From the NCBI GenBank assembly GCA_964016885.1, contig OZ024746.1:82336001-82400000 (forward strand): DNA of 64,000 nucleotides, written 5' to 3'. Below the pieces are notes generated by a model that was not told where the DNA came from, ran no database searches, and worked only from the letters and a program-made list of their open reading frames with translations. Shown here piece after piece: positions 13,474-35,240 of this stretch; positions within the stretch are counted from its first letter, which is position 1; the number at the start of each line of letters is the position of its first letter. This stretch comes from Eledone cirrhosa (Eukaryota). The translations under genes and the position numbers were made by a program.

Positions 13474-14959
13474 AATACTCCGGATAATTGTATACCGTTG
13501 ATTGCTTCGCATCTATTATATATAAGAACAAGTTGATCACAAACCAACTAACTCTTTTTTCATTGATTATATATATATATAGTTGCAGTTTCAATATCCA
13601 AAGTTGTGGAGAGAACCCAATCTTGTGTAGAGATATGTGTTTTTATATAATACAAGGTTTGCAGATAGGTCAATAACTTAGATTATGTATTGACTTGATC
13701 TATGATGACCTGTCCCACCGATGTAAGCAAGTGAAACAGATGTTAAATAATGGTATGCCTGTGTGGTGTTCAACTTGCAACCACATGGCTTTGGGTTCAG
13801 TCCCACTGCATAGCACCTTGATTGACCAATGCCTTGTGAGAGAAAGCTGTTGATAAACAGAAATTGTGTTGAAGTCCATCATATGTATGTGTGTGTGTCC
13901 ATGTCTGTGTTTACATTTACTGTTTGTTGATGTCTCAGCAGTTCAGTGAAAAAAGATTCAATCAAATAAGTACAAGAGTGGAAAAAAATCTACTTGATTC
14001 AATATCATGCAAAGCAATGCCCCAGCATGGATGCTGTCTAATTATAATATATACAGTATATAACAACTTGTCCAGAAATGGCATTTGCAAACCATGGGTA
14101 TTTTGTCAAATAAGTAATGATTTTTACAGATGAATTTTCTTTCTATTTATTTTCTGCATTCTAGTTTAGTTGATAATTATAGTCAACCTCTGTCACCAAA
14201 ATGGTTTGTGCAAGAGAGAGAAATCAATATATTTTATCCCTTGCTATTTTGAATAAAAATCAATCTTTCTATTCATCAACAAACACCAGTTTATTAGTTG
14301 GAATATATTCAATACATTTTTTCATATTTTCTTTTAATTTTCCATTGTATTTTTAATATGAAGTACTGATCTTTCAGAAGGAAACCAAATATCCATAATC
14401 ACCAGATTAGATCTTTTGTGTCATTTACTGAAACAGCAAAATATTTTTCTAATTACATAATAATGCTGATCATGACAATGCATTGGTGATAGTAACAATA
14501 ATATGCTCCAAAATGAAAATAGTTTGTTTGTTTTTTTTGTTGCTAGAAACAGACAATAGCAATAGAACAAAAATAATATTTATATATCTATATATAATGG
14601 TGATTTCTAATTTAGGTATAAGGTCAGTAATTTGTGGAGAGAGAAAAGTCAATTATATTAGTCCATTACTTTACTGGTATTTTATTTTATCAACCCCATG
14701 AGGTTGGAAGGCAAAGTTGACCTCAGTGGGATTTGAACTTAGGATGTAAAAGGCCATAACTAAATGCTGCAAAGCATTTTGTCCCTTGCCCTAACAATGT
14801 GGCCAATCTGCTACCCTCATATCTCTATATAATAATGCATTAAAGTTTTTGTTCTCTATCAAAATTAAGGAATAATGTAGAAGTAGGAAGCTGCTAAATG
14901 GCAGTGACAGCAGATCTAAAATAAAAGTGAGTGGAAGGATGATGTGTGTATCACACAGT

Positions 14960-15185
14960 AAGGGCACAAATGACCATGGGATTTGCACCTAGAAAGTTCC
15001 CCTCTGAGGCACAAGTTTGAGCAAGGTCGTTTTGAGGAAGACCAGTAGTCAGTCATACATACCAGTCTCCCCTCTCCAGGCCACCGATGTTGTCCTAGGG
15101 AAAGGCAAAGAAGGATACAGTTTGGCACCAGTGATGTCGCAACTCATTTCCTACAGCTGAGTGAACAGGAGCAACGTGAAATAAA
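14960..15185 (-). mobile_element. SINE body fragment (CORE-like domain plus RTE-5'UTR-like segment)
   Basis: Minus strand tttatttcacgttgctcc..ttcactcagctgtaggaaatgag is shared with the SINE at 19850-19992. Confidence 0.55.
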
Positions 15186-16304
15186 TCACGCAGTAATGAC
15201 TGGCAAACAAGTGGAAAAAGTGAATGAGAGTAGGTTGGATTTGAGGTTAGCTATATTTCAAAATGCTCATACAACTCTACATTTTTGCTATAAATATTGA
15301 GATGAAAGAACTTATGGGACAATGATATTTACATGAAAAATCAAAACAGAAACAGTAAAAAATAAAATGTATTCATTTCTAAAATAAACTATTAGAGTGG
15401 ATTGAAATTCTTAGAAAATGTAGAAATCTCAAACGCAGAAAATGACTGTAACCAAAGTCAATTGTTATGAATAATAGCTTAGAAAATTGGGTAAAATAGC
15501 TCTATTCATGGAAAAAAGGGCATACAAAGCTAAATTTTTTGTAGTAGCTGCTGGCCATATGCTTGCAAAGCAAACTCCTTAATCACACTTGTATTTCTTT
15601 TTTACTCACCTCAAGCAAGTCAATAAAGCCACTAAAAGGTAAGGGGTTACTGAGAATGGAAAAGGACTAGAGAGAGCACATAATTCAAGGAGTGAGAATT
15701 TGTGATTACATTTAGGAACTTCAACAACAAAGGATAAGACCTGGCTGCACAAATAAGCAAGGCAACAAAGAGGAAAGATCATTGGAACAATTTCCATGAA
15801 AATATTTATAGAAAAGCACAGAGCGGCAATGTGTCAACAGTATAACAGTGATTGAAGCCAACATGATAGCCAGTAAATTTTGCACTTTTACATCTCCTTT
15901 GTCCATTTACAGTTGGATGCCTTTATACTCATTAGTGGTAGTGGTATTTACAGTTAATCAGGCAGAATGATACAAGCAGAACAAAATGACTTATTGAACT
16001 CGCCAAGGTGCTTCTTAATTCTGTGGCAAAACTTAAGCTCACAACTTTTCTTCTTGTATCTGTATATATGTTTTGTGTGAATAAGTGTGCATGTAAGAGA
16101 GGGTGGGTTGTGGTTGGCAACCTATCAAAGCTGATTATGTTAAAGAAAAATATTTAAATTAGGAAAAGTAATCAGAACAAACTACTTTACTCAAATAAAT
16201 CCAAAGAAGCAGTTGTATCAATAATTGTGTTCTTATCTTGTCAATATGTAATATTTTTACATTTGTCAAAAATGTGAATATTTCATCTCCTCTAATAGGA
16301 TTAC

Positions 16305-16685
16305 ATCATCATCATCACCATTTAACATCTGTTTTAGATGTTTGCTTGGGTTAGATGGGTTATGTTATGGGACTAGTCAAGTCAGAGGAACATGTCTTGC
16401 TCATACAGATCTGTTTTGTTTTTATTTTTACTTTTTTGGTTTGGTTTCTACAGCTGGATGCCCTTCCTAATGCCATCCATATTACATTATGGACTGGATA
16501 CTTTATATCATGGCACCAGAACAACCACTTAACAGGGTGAACTTGGGTTTTTTTGTCGTGTCACCGGCACAACCATCTATTGGGGTGGACTAGGTGCTTT
16601 TTTTTTGTTGTATCACCAGTAGGACCACTTTACTGGGTGGAGTGGGTGCTTTTTCATCATATCATCAGCACAACCACCTTACATG
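16305..16685 (-). mobile_element. RTE-tail element with amplified ~42-bp internal repeat
   Basis: (cat)n-tttaacatc start and ttctacagctggatgcccttcctaa motif, then about 4 degenerate cacca..accact..gggtggac..gtgcttttt units like those in the RTE 3' UTR. Confidence 0.6.
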
Positions 16686-18208
16686 GAATATTTTTAGAAA
16701 TATGAATATTTCATCTATTTTAGCATGATTACATGGAATGGAAAGTGTAAATTTACATATACCCAAGTATTGACACTAAGAATATAATTAATTGTGGTTT
16801 ACAAATAATATGGAAATTAGAAAAAATTGCCTGCATTATTGGATCAGATGGTTCTAAATTAGTACTGAGAATAAAAACACATTCTTTTTTATTGTTTCCT
16901 GTCATTATTTCCCTATCAATTAAATTTTCTGTAATCCTTTCAATACTAAGCCTATTTCACTCCTTGATCCTATTTGTAATCAAGTTTGTCAACAACAGCA
17001 TAACAAATGTTCTAATTTTGAATTATTCTGACATGGGATCCTCCATGTAAATTGCTGAGTAAACTATAAAATATCTAATTACATTAAAGCCTTTAAAATG
17101 AGTGGATCATATCTTTCACATTCCAATTTTAATCCAGTCATGAGTCTGACTTCATGTTAAGATTAACTTCATAGACACCTCACTGATTCACTCAAATTGC
17201 TTATGCTACAATTTTTTATTTTAGATTATTTATATGAATATTTATTTATTTATTTAGAAAATTCATTGAGCTGTTACATCTGCTGGCAACAAAATATTTG
17301 TGCATGTTTTCTACAGCTCGATGCTCCTCCTACTGCCAACTGCTTTACAGTGTACAGCGTGTACTTTATCATAACACCAACACTAGATAGTTTATCATGT
17401 CCTGAACATTACTGAAGAACCCTTTCTATTCTGTTGTTACTTTCAAATGCCAGCAGCTTTATGAAAGGTACCAAGTACCTTTTATAGTGGCACCAACATT
17501 AGTTCCAAGGTTGGTATGACTAAGAGGGAATAAATGGCCGGTTTAAATGCTAAAGGGTTAAAAGTGAAGGTGGTGAATTGGCAAAGTCATTAGGGCATCG
17601 AATTAAAAATGCTTTGGTATTTGTCCCAGCTCACTGCGCTCTGAGTTCGAATTCTGCCAGGTTCAACTTTGCCTTTCATCCTTTCAAGGTCAATAAATAA
17701 AGTACTAGTCCATTTCTGTGGTCGACTTCCCCTCTAATTTTCTCTAGAAGAAATCAGCTAGGTTACGACTTGGAGAGGAGTGGTCTCACCGAGGTTTATA
17801 ATATGCTGTTTAATGAGTGCGATACTCCTATAACTGCCTTAAAAGTTAGGGGCTCTTTTAAAAGAGATTTTGATATCTTTGTAGAAAAATTATTCTGAAA
17901 ATTTTCTGAAAAATCATCATCATTTTATGTCTGCTGTTCCATGCTTGCATAGGTTGTTCAGATCTTTTTCAGCACAGCATCTCTCCACTCATTGCATTCC
18001 TTCATCATTTGTAAATTTGTGCTTTTTTTCTACTTATGGTTAACTGGCAGAAAGATTATGAATTCACAAATGAATGTAAACTTGTAATATTCTTCACTAA
18101 AACTCATAAATTTATGTATTTTACTTAAGACCTACACCTTAAACTTGTCATTTTCTCTTGATTAATAAATAAATGTTTTGTATTTGAGCAATTGTTATTG
18201 ATGTACAT

Positions 18209-18468
18209 CAGAGGTTCTCAAACTTTTTGGCCACGTACCCACCTCACCGCCATGTAATCCCTCAATGCCCCCAACCCTATTTTCAGAGAGACCTGCCTAC
18301 AAATTGTATATAGACTATGTATAAATAAACATTATGTATTTTTTTATTTTACTATATTCATATATAATATAATTTGATATTTGATATACTATTATATCAT
18401 CGCTACCGCCCCCTGGACCATCTCAATGCCACCCTAGGGGGCAGTAGTGTCCACTTTGAGAACCTCTG
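18209..18468. mobile_element. hAT-superfamily MITE (260 bp)
   Basis: Perfect 14-bp TIRs CAGAGGTTCTCAAA/TTTGAGAACCTCTG and an 8-bp TSD ATGTACAT at 18201-18208 and 18469-18476. Confidence 0.92.
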
Positions 18469-18991
18469 ATGTACATCATGATACTTCTCTTAAGTAACTG
18501 ATTTTTTTCATAAATTCCTGACTGTTTGGCAAGTTTGACAATTGTTAAAGGGAAAAAATAACCATGTTTACTTTTCCAACCTATTAAAGCTAATGAGTTG
18601 TTATCTATAAAAAGAGAAAGAAGTTGGCAAATCAATGGTAAAAGTAGCTAATTGCGATGTACCACTTACTACAGTCAAACTGGTTTTCAAGTGAATAAAT
18701 ATGTTTGTCAAATATATGTTGATAAAATCTAATAATAGAATATCTTTATTGTTATATTTATTGTTTGATTATTATTAATATTATTGTTGTTGTAATAGTC
18801 GTAGTAGTATTTTCCTTTTTACATAATTTATCATTTATAAGTAATGTATGATTGATTTTGAGTGAGTATTGACATTAATTTGGGATTAGCTACATCTCCG
18901 GGTTCGATAGAATAAAGTACCAGTAATGCATTGGGTAATTGCTGGCCTTGTGCCAAAAGTAGAAACAATTATTATTATTATTATTGTTGTA

Positions 18992-19041
<50 letters not shown>

Positions 19042-19849
19042 TCCTCACACTTTCACTCACCCTCTCTCACTTCCTCCCGTTTGACCTGTGTGAAATCCTT
19101 TTCTCACTCACATTTCACCCAGGTCGGATGGTCTTTACCTCTCGTCTATGATTTCACCGAACTTAAGGTCATAGCTATCACGGACATGTCTCTTCTCTTC
19201 CTCTCTTTCCGTTGCATTACCATCTATGTTTGTTTACATGCCTCGCTCGCTTCACCCTATTTACGTGTCCCAATAACTTTCTTTAGTTATTGCTCGCACC
19301 AACCACAGGTGTATGATCTTTAAAGAAATACCAATGAAGGTTGGAAGATCACTGATGAAGGACTAATTTTATTCATATGTAACCCATGTGCAACCACGCA
19401 GCACGCCATTTTTCATGTGTGTGCATGTGTGTGTGTGTGTGTAAATGCGTGTGTGTAAATGCGTGTGTGTGTCTGTGTAAATGTATATATGTGTGTGTGT
19501 GTGTATATATGTGTGTGTGTAAATGTATGTGTGCATATGTGTGTAAATGTATATGTGTGCATATGTGTGTAAATGTATATGTGTGCATATGTGTGTAAAT
19601 GTATATATATGTGTATATGTGTGTGTATATATGTGTGTGTGTATATATATATAAATATGTATGTGTCATCATCATCATCATCATTTTACGTCCGCTTTTC
19701 CCTGCTTGCAAGGGTGGGACAGGCTTGATTTCTACAGCTGGATGCCCTTCCTAACACCAACCTAATTTACAGTGAGTGCTGGGTGCTTTTTTGCCATGGC
19801 ACCTCCATGACCACTTTGCAGTGGAATGATAGGGACCCCAGTCCTATCA

Positions 19850-19992
19850 TCTCATTTCTACAGCTGAGTAAACTGGAGCAATGTAAAATAAAGTGTCTTG
19901 CTCAAGGAAACAACACATCACCCGGTCTGAGAATTGAACTCACAACCTTTTGATTGCAAGCCCAATGCTCTAACCACTAAGCCATATGCCTT
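19850..19992 (-). mobile_element. tRNA-derived SINE head with CORE-like domain
   Basis: Minus strand has A box TGGCTTAGTGG, B box GAGTTCAATTC, then ccttgagcaagacactttatttt..gctccagtttactcagctgtagaaatgag. Confidence 0.75.
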
Positions 19993-20003
19993 CATTGTGT
20001 GTG

Positions 20004-20172
<169 letters not shown>

Positions 20173-20284
20173 ATAATAATAATAAATTTGAAGACTAAAA
20201 TCCAAAGAGGGCTCGATAAGGATAAATATATATCAAATATATCAGAACCGTAGAGCAAATATTTATTAATCTGTTATTTTAATA

Positions 20285-24670
<4,386 letters not shown>

Positions 24671-27600
24671 TCTATCTATCTAAGGCGGGTAAAATTCCCG
24701 AGATCCATGGACGAGTTCTCTCCAGCGGTCTCTGTCCCTCATTATCGCTGCCATGTCCTGCGTCTCCAACAGACCAGTGTCTGTCCTTAGGGCATCAACA
24801 TATGTTAACCTTGGTCTTCCTCTTCCAGTGTGTCCATGTAGGGGCTCCCAAAGGAGCACGGAGTGCAATGTCAACTCTGGATGTCGGTGAGCATGTCCAG
24901 CCAACCTCAGTCTCCTCTGTGTCACTTTTGAGCTGACTTTTGGGAGGCTCCCATACAGCTCTGAGTTTTTCATCCTCAGTGTATACTGATTAATGTTCAG
25001 AGCCATCCTCAGCATTCTCGTGTAGCACCCATCCACCATCTGAGTGAGTCTCTTGGTCAGTGTCCAAGTCTCAGACCCATACAGCAGCACAGACTCCACT
25101 ACAGCAATGAAGAGGCGGATTTTCAGGTCTCTACGAAGGCCCGACTTCCACACCGATCTCAAGCTGTGGCACGCTGCCCAGGCCTTGCTCTTCCTCTCAA
25201 CCACATCATCTTCCGTATTCCCAATCTTTGCTCCCAAATACAGGAAGTCCTCAACCAATTCCAGCGGCTTCCCGCCTACATTAGTGATCCCCTCTGGCTT
25301 CTCAACATTCTCTACCAGATATTTTGTTTTAGTCTCATTCATTCTCAGCCCCACACTCATCGACACAGTCTCAACCTCCCGCATCAAATCCTCTGCCTCC
25401 TTCACTGTATTTGTCACCAAAACTATGTCGTCGGCAAATTCAGCATCCGATACCTTTTTCGCCCCAACTCTCCTGCTCTGAGCCGGTGCCACAGTAAAGC
25501 CAGAGTCCTGGTGTTTCTCCAGTGCAAGGCGCATACAATAGTCCACTACGATGATAAAAAGGTAGGGAGCCAATGTATCTCCCCGGAGCACTCCAGCCAG
25601 TATCTCAAAGAACTCTGTCATCCCATCAGGTGTAATGACTTGGGCTTTGGTGTTGGTGTAGAGCAGTGATATCAGGTCCACTATCCTCTTGGGGATTCCA
25701 TAAGCCTGTAAGATCTTCATCAGGCAGTAACGGTCCACAGAATCAAAGGCCTTCCTAAAGTCAATGAAAACCATGACCGCAGGAAGGCACTTTGCTCTAG
25801 CTCCCTCTAATATCCTCCTCAGCATCAGGATGTGACTGGTGGTTGATCTACCCTCTCTGAAGCCGTTCTGGTTGTCCCTGAGCTTCTTCTCCATCTCAGG
25901 CTGGATCCTGTTAAGAATCATCCTGTTGAGAGTCTTTGCCACAAGTGACGTCAGTGAGATCCCCCGGTAGTTGTTGGTGTTAGAGAGATCTCCCTTCTTT
26001 GGCACTGGGACGATGTTACTGATCCTCCACTGATTCGGGGCAACTCCCTTCTCCAGTGCCCCGTTACAGAACCCCAGGATGATATCATCAAAATCACACC
26101 ACTTCATCACCTCTGATGCTACTCCATCTTCTCCATGAGCCTTGCCCTCCTTGATCTTCTTCTTGGCTCTCTGAAGCTCCTCTCTGGTGAAGGGCTCTGT
26201 CTCAACATCCAGTTCCTCAAACAGCCGCCTGATCTCCCCAGTGCTCTGGGCTGTGGAGGGTGGCTCTCCTAGTAGGGTCCTAAAATGGTCTAGCCATTTC
26301 CTCTTCCTATCCTCGGGCCCCGTTCCCTGGATCTGACTCGAACACCTTTTCTTCCTCCCTGTGATCTCATTGATGATCATCCAGCTCTCCTTACATCCAG
26401 ATCTGTCAACCGCTCTCTCCACACTTCTGATCTTCTCTATCAGTGCCTCCTCTCTGACCTCAGTGTAAGCGGTACAGAGCTCTTCCCTCATCACCTCCAC
26501 AGTCTCCATCCTCTCCTCCGTAGGATCAGCATAGAATTGGTCCCTGGCAGCTTTCAGGTGTTCTCTGGCTGCACACACTTTTGGGTCTGCAGAGCTGACG
26601 TGCTTCCCTTTGTTCTTTTTCCTCGGCACCAGGGTTTCACTTGCTTTCGCCACTGCATTGGTGAAGTGCCCGTACCTCCTCGTCACACTCTCCTCAGTCC
26701 ATCCAATCTCTCTCTCCTCTGACTCTCCACACAGAGCACTAAACCTGTTTCTCACTTCCACTGTGAACCTCTCCTGTAGCTTATCATCTTCCTTGAAAGC
26801 TCCCCAGTCATAGATTGTTCTCCGGGTCTGAGCCTTGCTCTTTCTTAAGCTCACGCGGACCTCACTCATAACAAGCCGGTGGTCACTACCCAGTGTACTG
26901 AAATAGCTGTATGGTTCCGTGTTCAGAACACTATTCCGCCACTTTTTCCTCACCAGAATGAAATCAATCTGGGACTTGGACAGGTGCACATCTGAGATGT
27001 AGGTCCACATCTTCCCCAGATTCTTCCTAAACCTTAGGTTGGTCGCCATCAAGTTCGCCTCCAGCAGGGTGTCTCTCAGTAGTCTTCCATTTCGGTTGGT
27101 GTTGTTATGGAAGTACCAGCAAGGATCTTCACTGCCCTCCTTACTCAGATGTGCATTGAAGTCCCCCAAAACAAGCAGGATATTGTGTGCCTGAGTGGTG
27201 TTGACAGCTCTACACACTTCCTCATGGAACTCCTCGGCATTCACATCACTGTCCCCCTCGGTTGGACTATAGGCTGAGATGACTGTCAGTCTTGGGTTTC
27301 CATTGAAGGTCACCCTCAACACTCGCGGGGAGATAGGCATTATTTCCCTCACCAACAGATTGGTTTTTGCACTGAACACAAAACCCACTCCTCCTACTGC
27401 AGCATTTGTTGTGTTCTTCACTGCCGATGTAGTGATGAGCTGGCTCTTCCTCCCGATCATCACACTCCTCACGGGCTCATCGTGTAGAATCCTGTGTTCT
27501 TGGATCGCAAGTATCTGTATACCACTCTCCTCGAACAGATGTCCCAACTCCTCTCTCTTCTCCAGCGTTCGAATAGTCCTCACATTCAAAGTGCCCATTT

Positions 27601-27990
27601 TGATGGCTCCTCTGCAGGACAAAACTACATTCTTTATATTTGTCTCAGAGACAGCTGATCCATCATCCACTGGCCCTCTCTGTGGCTCTAAGCCAGCAGA
27701 GTCATAACGACCAGGCTGCTCCTTGACAGTGTAATTAGGGGCTCTAACCCTAGTGCTGTTAGATCGACTCTCCATATTTCTTTTCAATGGCTGACAATAC
27801 CTTACCGGCGCCACTCGAATAAGGTAGTTATTTAACCCATAAATGGAGCCCTAACAGGTACTACCACCCCGGGCCAGGGCAGACCTGGGAGTCATGACAA
27901 CTAAGGGGTAACTCCATATTCCCCACATCTCCTGAACTCCCGAACTGGAGCCTTGCCACTGGATGTAGTTTAATGTCATACCCAAGACAT
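24671..27990 (-). mobile_element. Near full-length RTE-type non-LTR retrotransposon (family A) inserted in TA repeats
   Basis: Single APE+RT ORF, ~200-nt GC-richer 5' UTR (27776-27990), a short (TAGA)n tail directly at the stop, and TA arrays on both sides. Confidence 0.9.
24680..27775 (-). CDS. APE endonuclease-reverse transcriptase polyprotein (RTE-like); first ATG 27775, frame open to 27814
   Basis: EN motifs GTLNVR, AIQEH, SAYSPT, LGDFNAH, IDFIL, SDH. RT motifs [43 protein letters not shown]-terminus [21 protein letters not shown]. Confidence 0.92.
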   Translation of the reverse strand: MESRSNSTRVRAPNYTVKEQPGRYDSAGLEPQRGPVDDGSAVSETNIKNVVLSCRGAIKMGTLNVRTIRTLEKREELGHLFEESGIQILAIQEHRILHDEPVRSVMIGRKSQLITTSAVKNTTNAAVGGVGFVFSAKTNLLVREIMPISPRVLRVTFNGNPRLTVISAYSPTEGDSDVNAEEFHEEVCRAVNTTQAHNILLVLGDFNAHLSKEGSEDPCWYFHNNTNRNGRLLRDTLLEANLMATNLRFRKNLGKMWTYISDVHLSKSQIDFILVRKKWRNSVLNTEPYSYFSTLGSDHRLVMSEVRVSLRKSKAQTRRTIYDWGAFKEDDKLQERFTVEVRNRFSALCGESEEREIGWTEESVTRRYGHFTNAVAKASETLVPRKKNKGKHVSSADPKVCAAREHLKAARDQFYADPTEERMETVEVMREELCTAYTEVREEALIEKIRSVERAVDRSGCKESWMIINEITGRKKRCSSQIQGTGPEDRKRKWLDHFRTLLGEPPSTAQSTGEIRRLFEELDVETEPFTREELQRAKKKIKEGKAHGEDGVASEVMKWCDFDDIILGFCNGALEKGVAPNQWRISNIVPVPKKGDLSNTNNYRGISLTSLVAKTLNRMILNRIQPEMEKKLRDNQNGFREGRSTTSHILMLRRILEGARAKCLPAVMVFIDFRKAFDSVDRYCLMKILQAYGIPKRIVDLISLLYTNTKAQVITPDGMTEFFEILAGVLRGDTLAPYLFIIVVDYCMRLALEKHQDSGFTVAPAQSRRVGAKKVSDAEFADDIVLVTNTVKEAEDLMREVETVSMSVGLRMNETKTKYLVENVEKPEGITNVGGKPLELVEDFLYLGAKIGNTEDDVVERKSKAWAACHSLRSVWKSGLRRDLKIRLFIAVVESVLLYGSETWTLTKRLTQMVDGCYTRMLRMALNINQYTLRMKNSELYGSLPKVSSKVTQRRLRLAGHAHRHPELTLHSVLLWEPLHGHTGRGRPRLTYVDALRTDTGLLETQDMAAIMRDRDRWRELVHGSREFYPP

Positions 27991-30189
<2,199 letters not shown>

Positions 30190-30758
30190 GTGGAACAACA
30201 ACAACACCCAAACAAACAACACTGACCTAAGAGAAGTATAAATATATAAGTAAATTAAATTAAATAAAATAAGATAAATAAATACATACACAAGCACATA
30301 AACACACACTAGTCACCCAGCAGACACAACACTATACACACTAGTCACACATCACACATAACACTATACACACACGCAAACGCATGCGCAAAGAAGACAA
30401 AATAAAATAAGATAAACAAACAAGCAAATAAATAAATAAATATATAGACAGACTGAACAAAAAAAATGGCGTAGACATACAACACAACAGGAGGAACAAT
30501 GAATATAACACCACTGACGATGTTGCAGATGTGCAACGAAAGATTTATGTAAACTATATATATATGTGTTTGTCTATATTGTATCTGTATTATTTTTGAC
30601 CGCCGGTCAGTCAATGGCAACATTGAGGACCGAGTAAGTTAGATCGCAGATATATATATATAAAAGACAGCGAGAAGCGAAAACCAACCAAACAGTGAGT
30701 GTGTTCTGTTATTAATTCTGGCAATATTACGCAAATATGACCCTCCCCAAATATAACA

Positions 30759-30760
<2 letters not shown>
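30190..30760 (+). mobile_element. Penelope-like element 3' terminal (pLTR-like) fragment embedded in TA repeats
   Basis: Starts with tgg aac aac (WNN.., equivalent to the EWNS ORF end at ~60705) and has an A/C-rich body. It shares atggcgtag(g)aca, the hammerhead core and the terminus atgaccctccc(c)aaa(g)tataacaata with 60530-61127. Confidence 0.7.
30512..30549 (+). ncRNA. Minimal type I hammerhead ribozyme motif (weak stem I)
   Basis: CA-CTGACGA-T-GTTGCA-gatg-TGCAAC-GAAA-G-AT-TT-A-TG, with the same spacing as the 60934 copy. Confidence 0.6.
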
Positions 30761-32583
<1,823 letters not shown>

Positions 32584-33216
32584 GGTCACCAGTTGGTGCT
32601 ACTGGTAACATGTATCCCAGTACAACCTGTCCTCATGGTCGGGTCGTTGGCGACTAAACTGGCAACCCCACCAAGGTTTCTTGGTGAGGAGGGTGACTTT
32701 GGACATCCTGCAGGACTAAAAACAAAACCTGTCAAAGGGCAAAGGAGCTCTTAAGAGTCAATGGCCATCCAAAATCACCGGGAGAGATGACCCCTTTAGC
32801 CTTAGTCAAGGCAGAATTCTAGGAGAAGGAAAACTCTGATATAACACCTGCAACCCTGATGGTATCCAATGATGTTGACTTGTTCTTCTTTTGGTAAATA
32901 GCATCTTGGTTAAGAGAGTGGGACTGGCTTTGTGCAGTGCCTTTGCTCACTATAAAAGCTTCACGGCACAGGCATTGCTTTATATCTGGAGATCTCTCTG
33001 CACTTGTCCTCACATGGGCCCAGCACTATGTGTCAATAATTGTCCTACCATGGGCCTAGCACTATGTGTCAATGATTGTCACAGGTGTAGTGTTTGTACC
33101 AGAGGTTTCAAGTCGCTGGCTGGACTAAAAAGTCACACTCGTTCAGCGCTTCGGTAGGGGTTATCCTACATGGATGTAAAGTAGTGGCCGTACTCGAAAA
33201 CGAGTTGGCAGCCACC
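32584..33216 (+). mobile_element. Non-autonomous bipartite RTE derivative (5' UTR joined to extreme 3' end)
   Basis: RTE 5'UTR-like motifs (gatgacccctttagcctt..ctaggagaaggaaaactctga). The 3' part encodes [19 protein letters not shown] (RTE/BovB terminal zinc-finger motif) and has a CTCG-aaaa-CGAG stem-loop. Both ends abut TA repeats. Confidence 0.68.
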
Positions 33217-33455
33217 ATATATATATATATATGTATGTATATATATATGTATATATATATATATATGTATATATATGTATGTATATATATGTATATATAT
33301 ATATGTATATATATATATGTATGTATATATATATGTATATATATATATATATGTATATATATGTATGTATATATATGTATATATATATATGTATATATAT
33401 ATATGTATATATATATATGTATATATATGTATATGTATATATATATATGTATATA

Positions 33456-33486
<31 letters not shown>

Positions 33487-33489
33487 ATA

Positions 33490-33522
<33 letters not shown>

Positions 33523-33575
33523 ATGTATATATATATATGTGTATATGTATATATATATATGTATATATATATATG

Positions 33576-33626
<51 letters not shown>

Positions 33627-33632
33627 ATATAT

Positions 33633-33698
<66 letters not shown>

Positions 33699-33796
33699 GT
33701 ATATATATGTATGTATATATATGTATATATATATATGTATATATATATATGTATATATATATATGTATATATATGTATAATGTATATATATATATG

Positions 33797-33843
<47 letters not shown>

Positions 33844-33886
33844 GTATATATATATATGTATATATATATATGTATATATATATATG

Positions 33887-33945
<59 letters not shown>

Positions 33946-34041
33946 GTATATATATAATATGTATATATATGTATATATATATATGTATATATATATATGT
34001 ATATATATATATGTATATATATATATGTATATATATATATG

Positions 34042-34072
<31 letters not shown>

Positions 34073-34111
34073 GTATATGTATATATATGTATATATGTAT
34101 ATATATATATG

Positions 34112-34142
<31 letters not shown>

Positions 34143-34596
34143 GTATAATGTATATATATGTATATATGTATATATATATATGTATATGTATATATGTATA
34201 TATATATATGTATATGTATATATGTATATATGTATATATATATATATGTATATATGTATATATATATATGTATATGTATATATGTATATATGTACATATA
34301 TATATGTATATGTATATATGTATATATATATGTATATATATGTATATATGTATATATATGTATATATATGTATATATATATGTATATATGTATATATATA
34401 TATGTATATGTATATATGTATATATGTACATATATATATGTATATGTATATATGTATATATATATGTATATATATGTATATATATATATATATGTATATA
34501 TATGTATATATATATGTATATATGTATATATATGTATATATATATGTATATATATGTATATTATATATATATTATGTATATATGTATATATATATG

Positions 34597-34627
<31 letters not shown>

Positions 34628-35184
34628 GTATATATATATGTATATGTATATATATATGTATATATATATGTATATGTATATATATGTATATGTATATATA
34701 TATATGTATATGTATATATATATATGTATATTTATATATGTATATATATATATGTATATGTATATATGTATATATGTATATGTATATGTATGTATATAAT
34801 ATATGTATATTTATATATGTATATATATATGTATATGTATATATGTATATATGTATATGTATATGTATGTATATTTATATATGTATATTTATATATGTAT
34901 ATATATATATGTATATGTATATATGTAATATATGTATATGTATATGTATGTATATGTATGTATAATGTATATATATATGTATATATATATATATGTATAT
35001 ATATATATGTATATATATATATATCATGTATATATATATATGTATATATATATATGTATATATATATATGTATATATATATATGTATATATATATATGTA
35101 TATATATATATGTATATATATATATGTATATATATATGTATATATATATGTATATATGTATATGTATATATGTATATGTATATA

Positions 35185-35219
<35 letters not shown>

Positions 35220-35240
35220 ATATATATGTATATATATATA
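33217..35240. repeat. (TA)n/(TATG)n array
   Basis: Direct reading. Confidence 0.97.

Noticed and set aside
19345-19400. CTGATGA hammerhead half-core in a pyrimidine-rich repeat (19040-19385)
   Set aside because: No downstream GAAA or closing stems; at best a truncated relic.
25044-27707. Antisense ORFs over the LINEs (also 42224-43789, 47513-50238, 58768-59940)
   Set aside because: Shadow frames of the RT genes with no independent motifs.
27950-27990. Hairpin ATGTC/GACAT followed by TAA at the RTE-A 5' end, resembling HDV P4-J4/2
   Set aside because: The catalytic C position is T and the upstream P1-P3 elements are absent (the sequence runs into TA repeat); it cannot be supported as a ribozyme.
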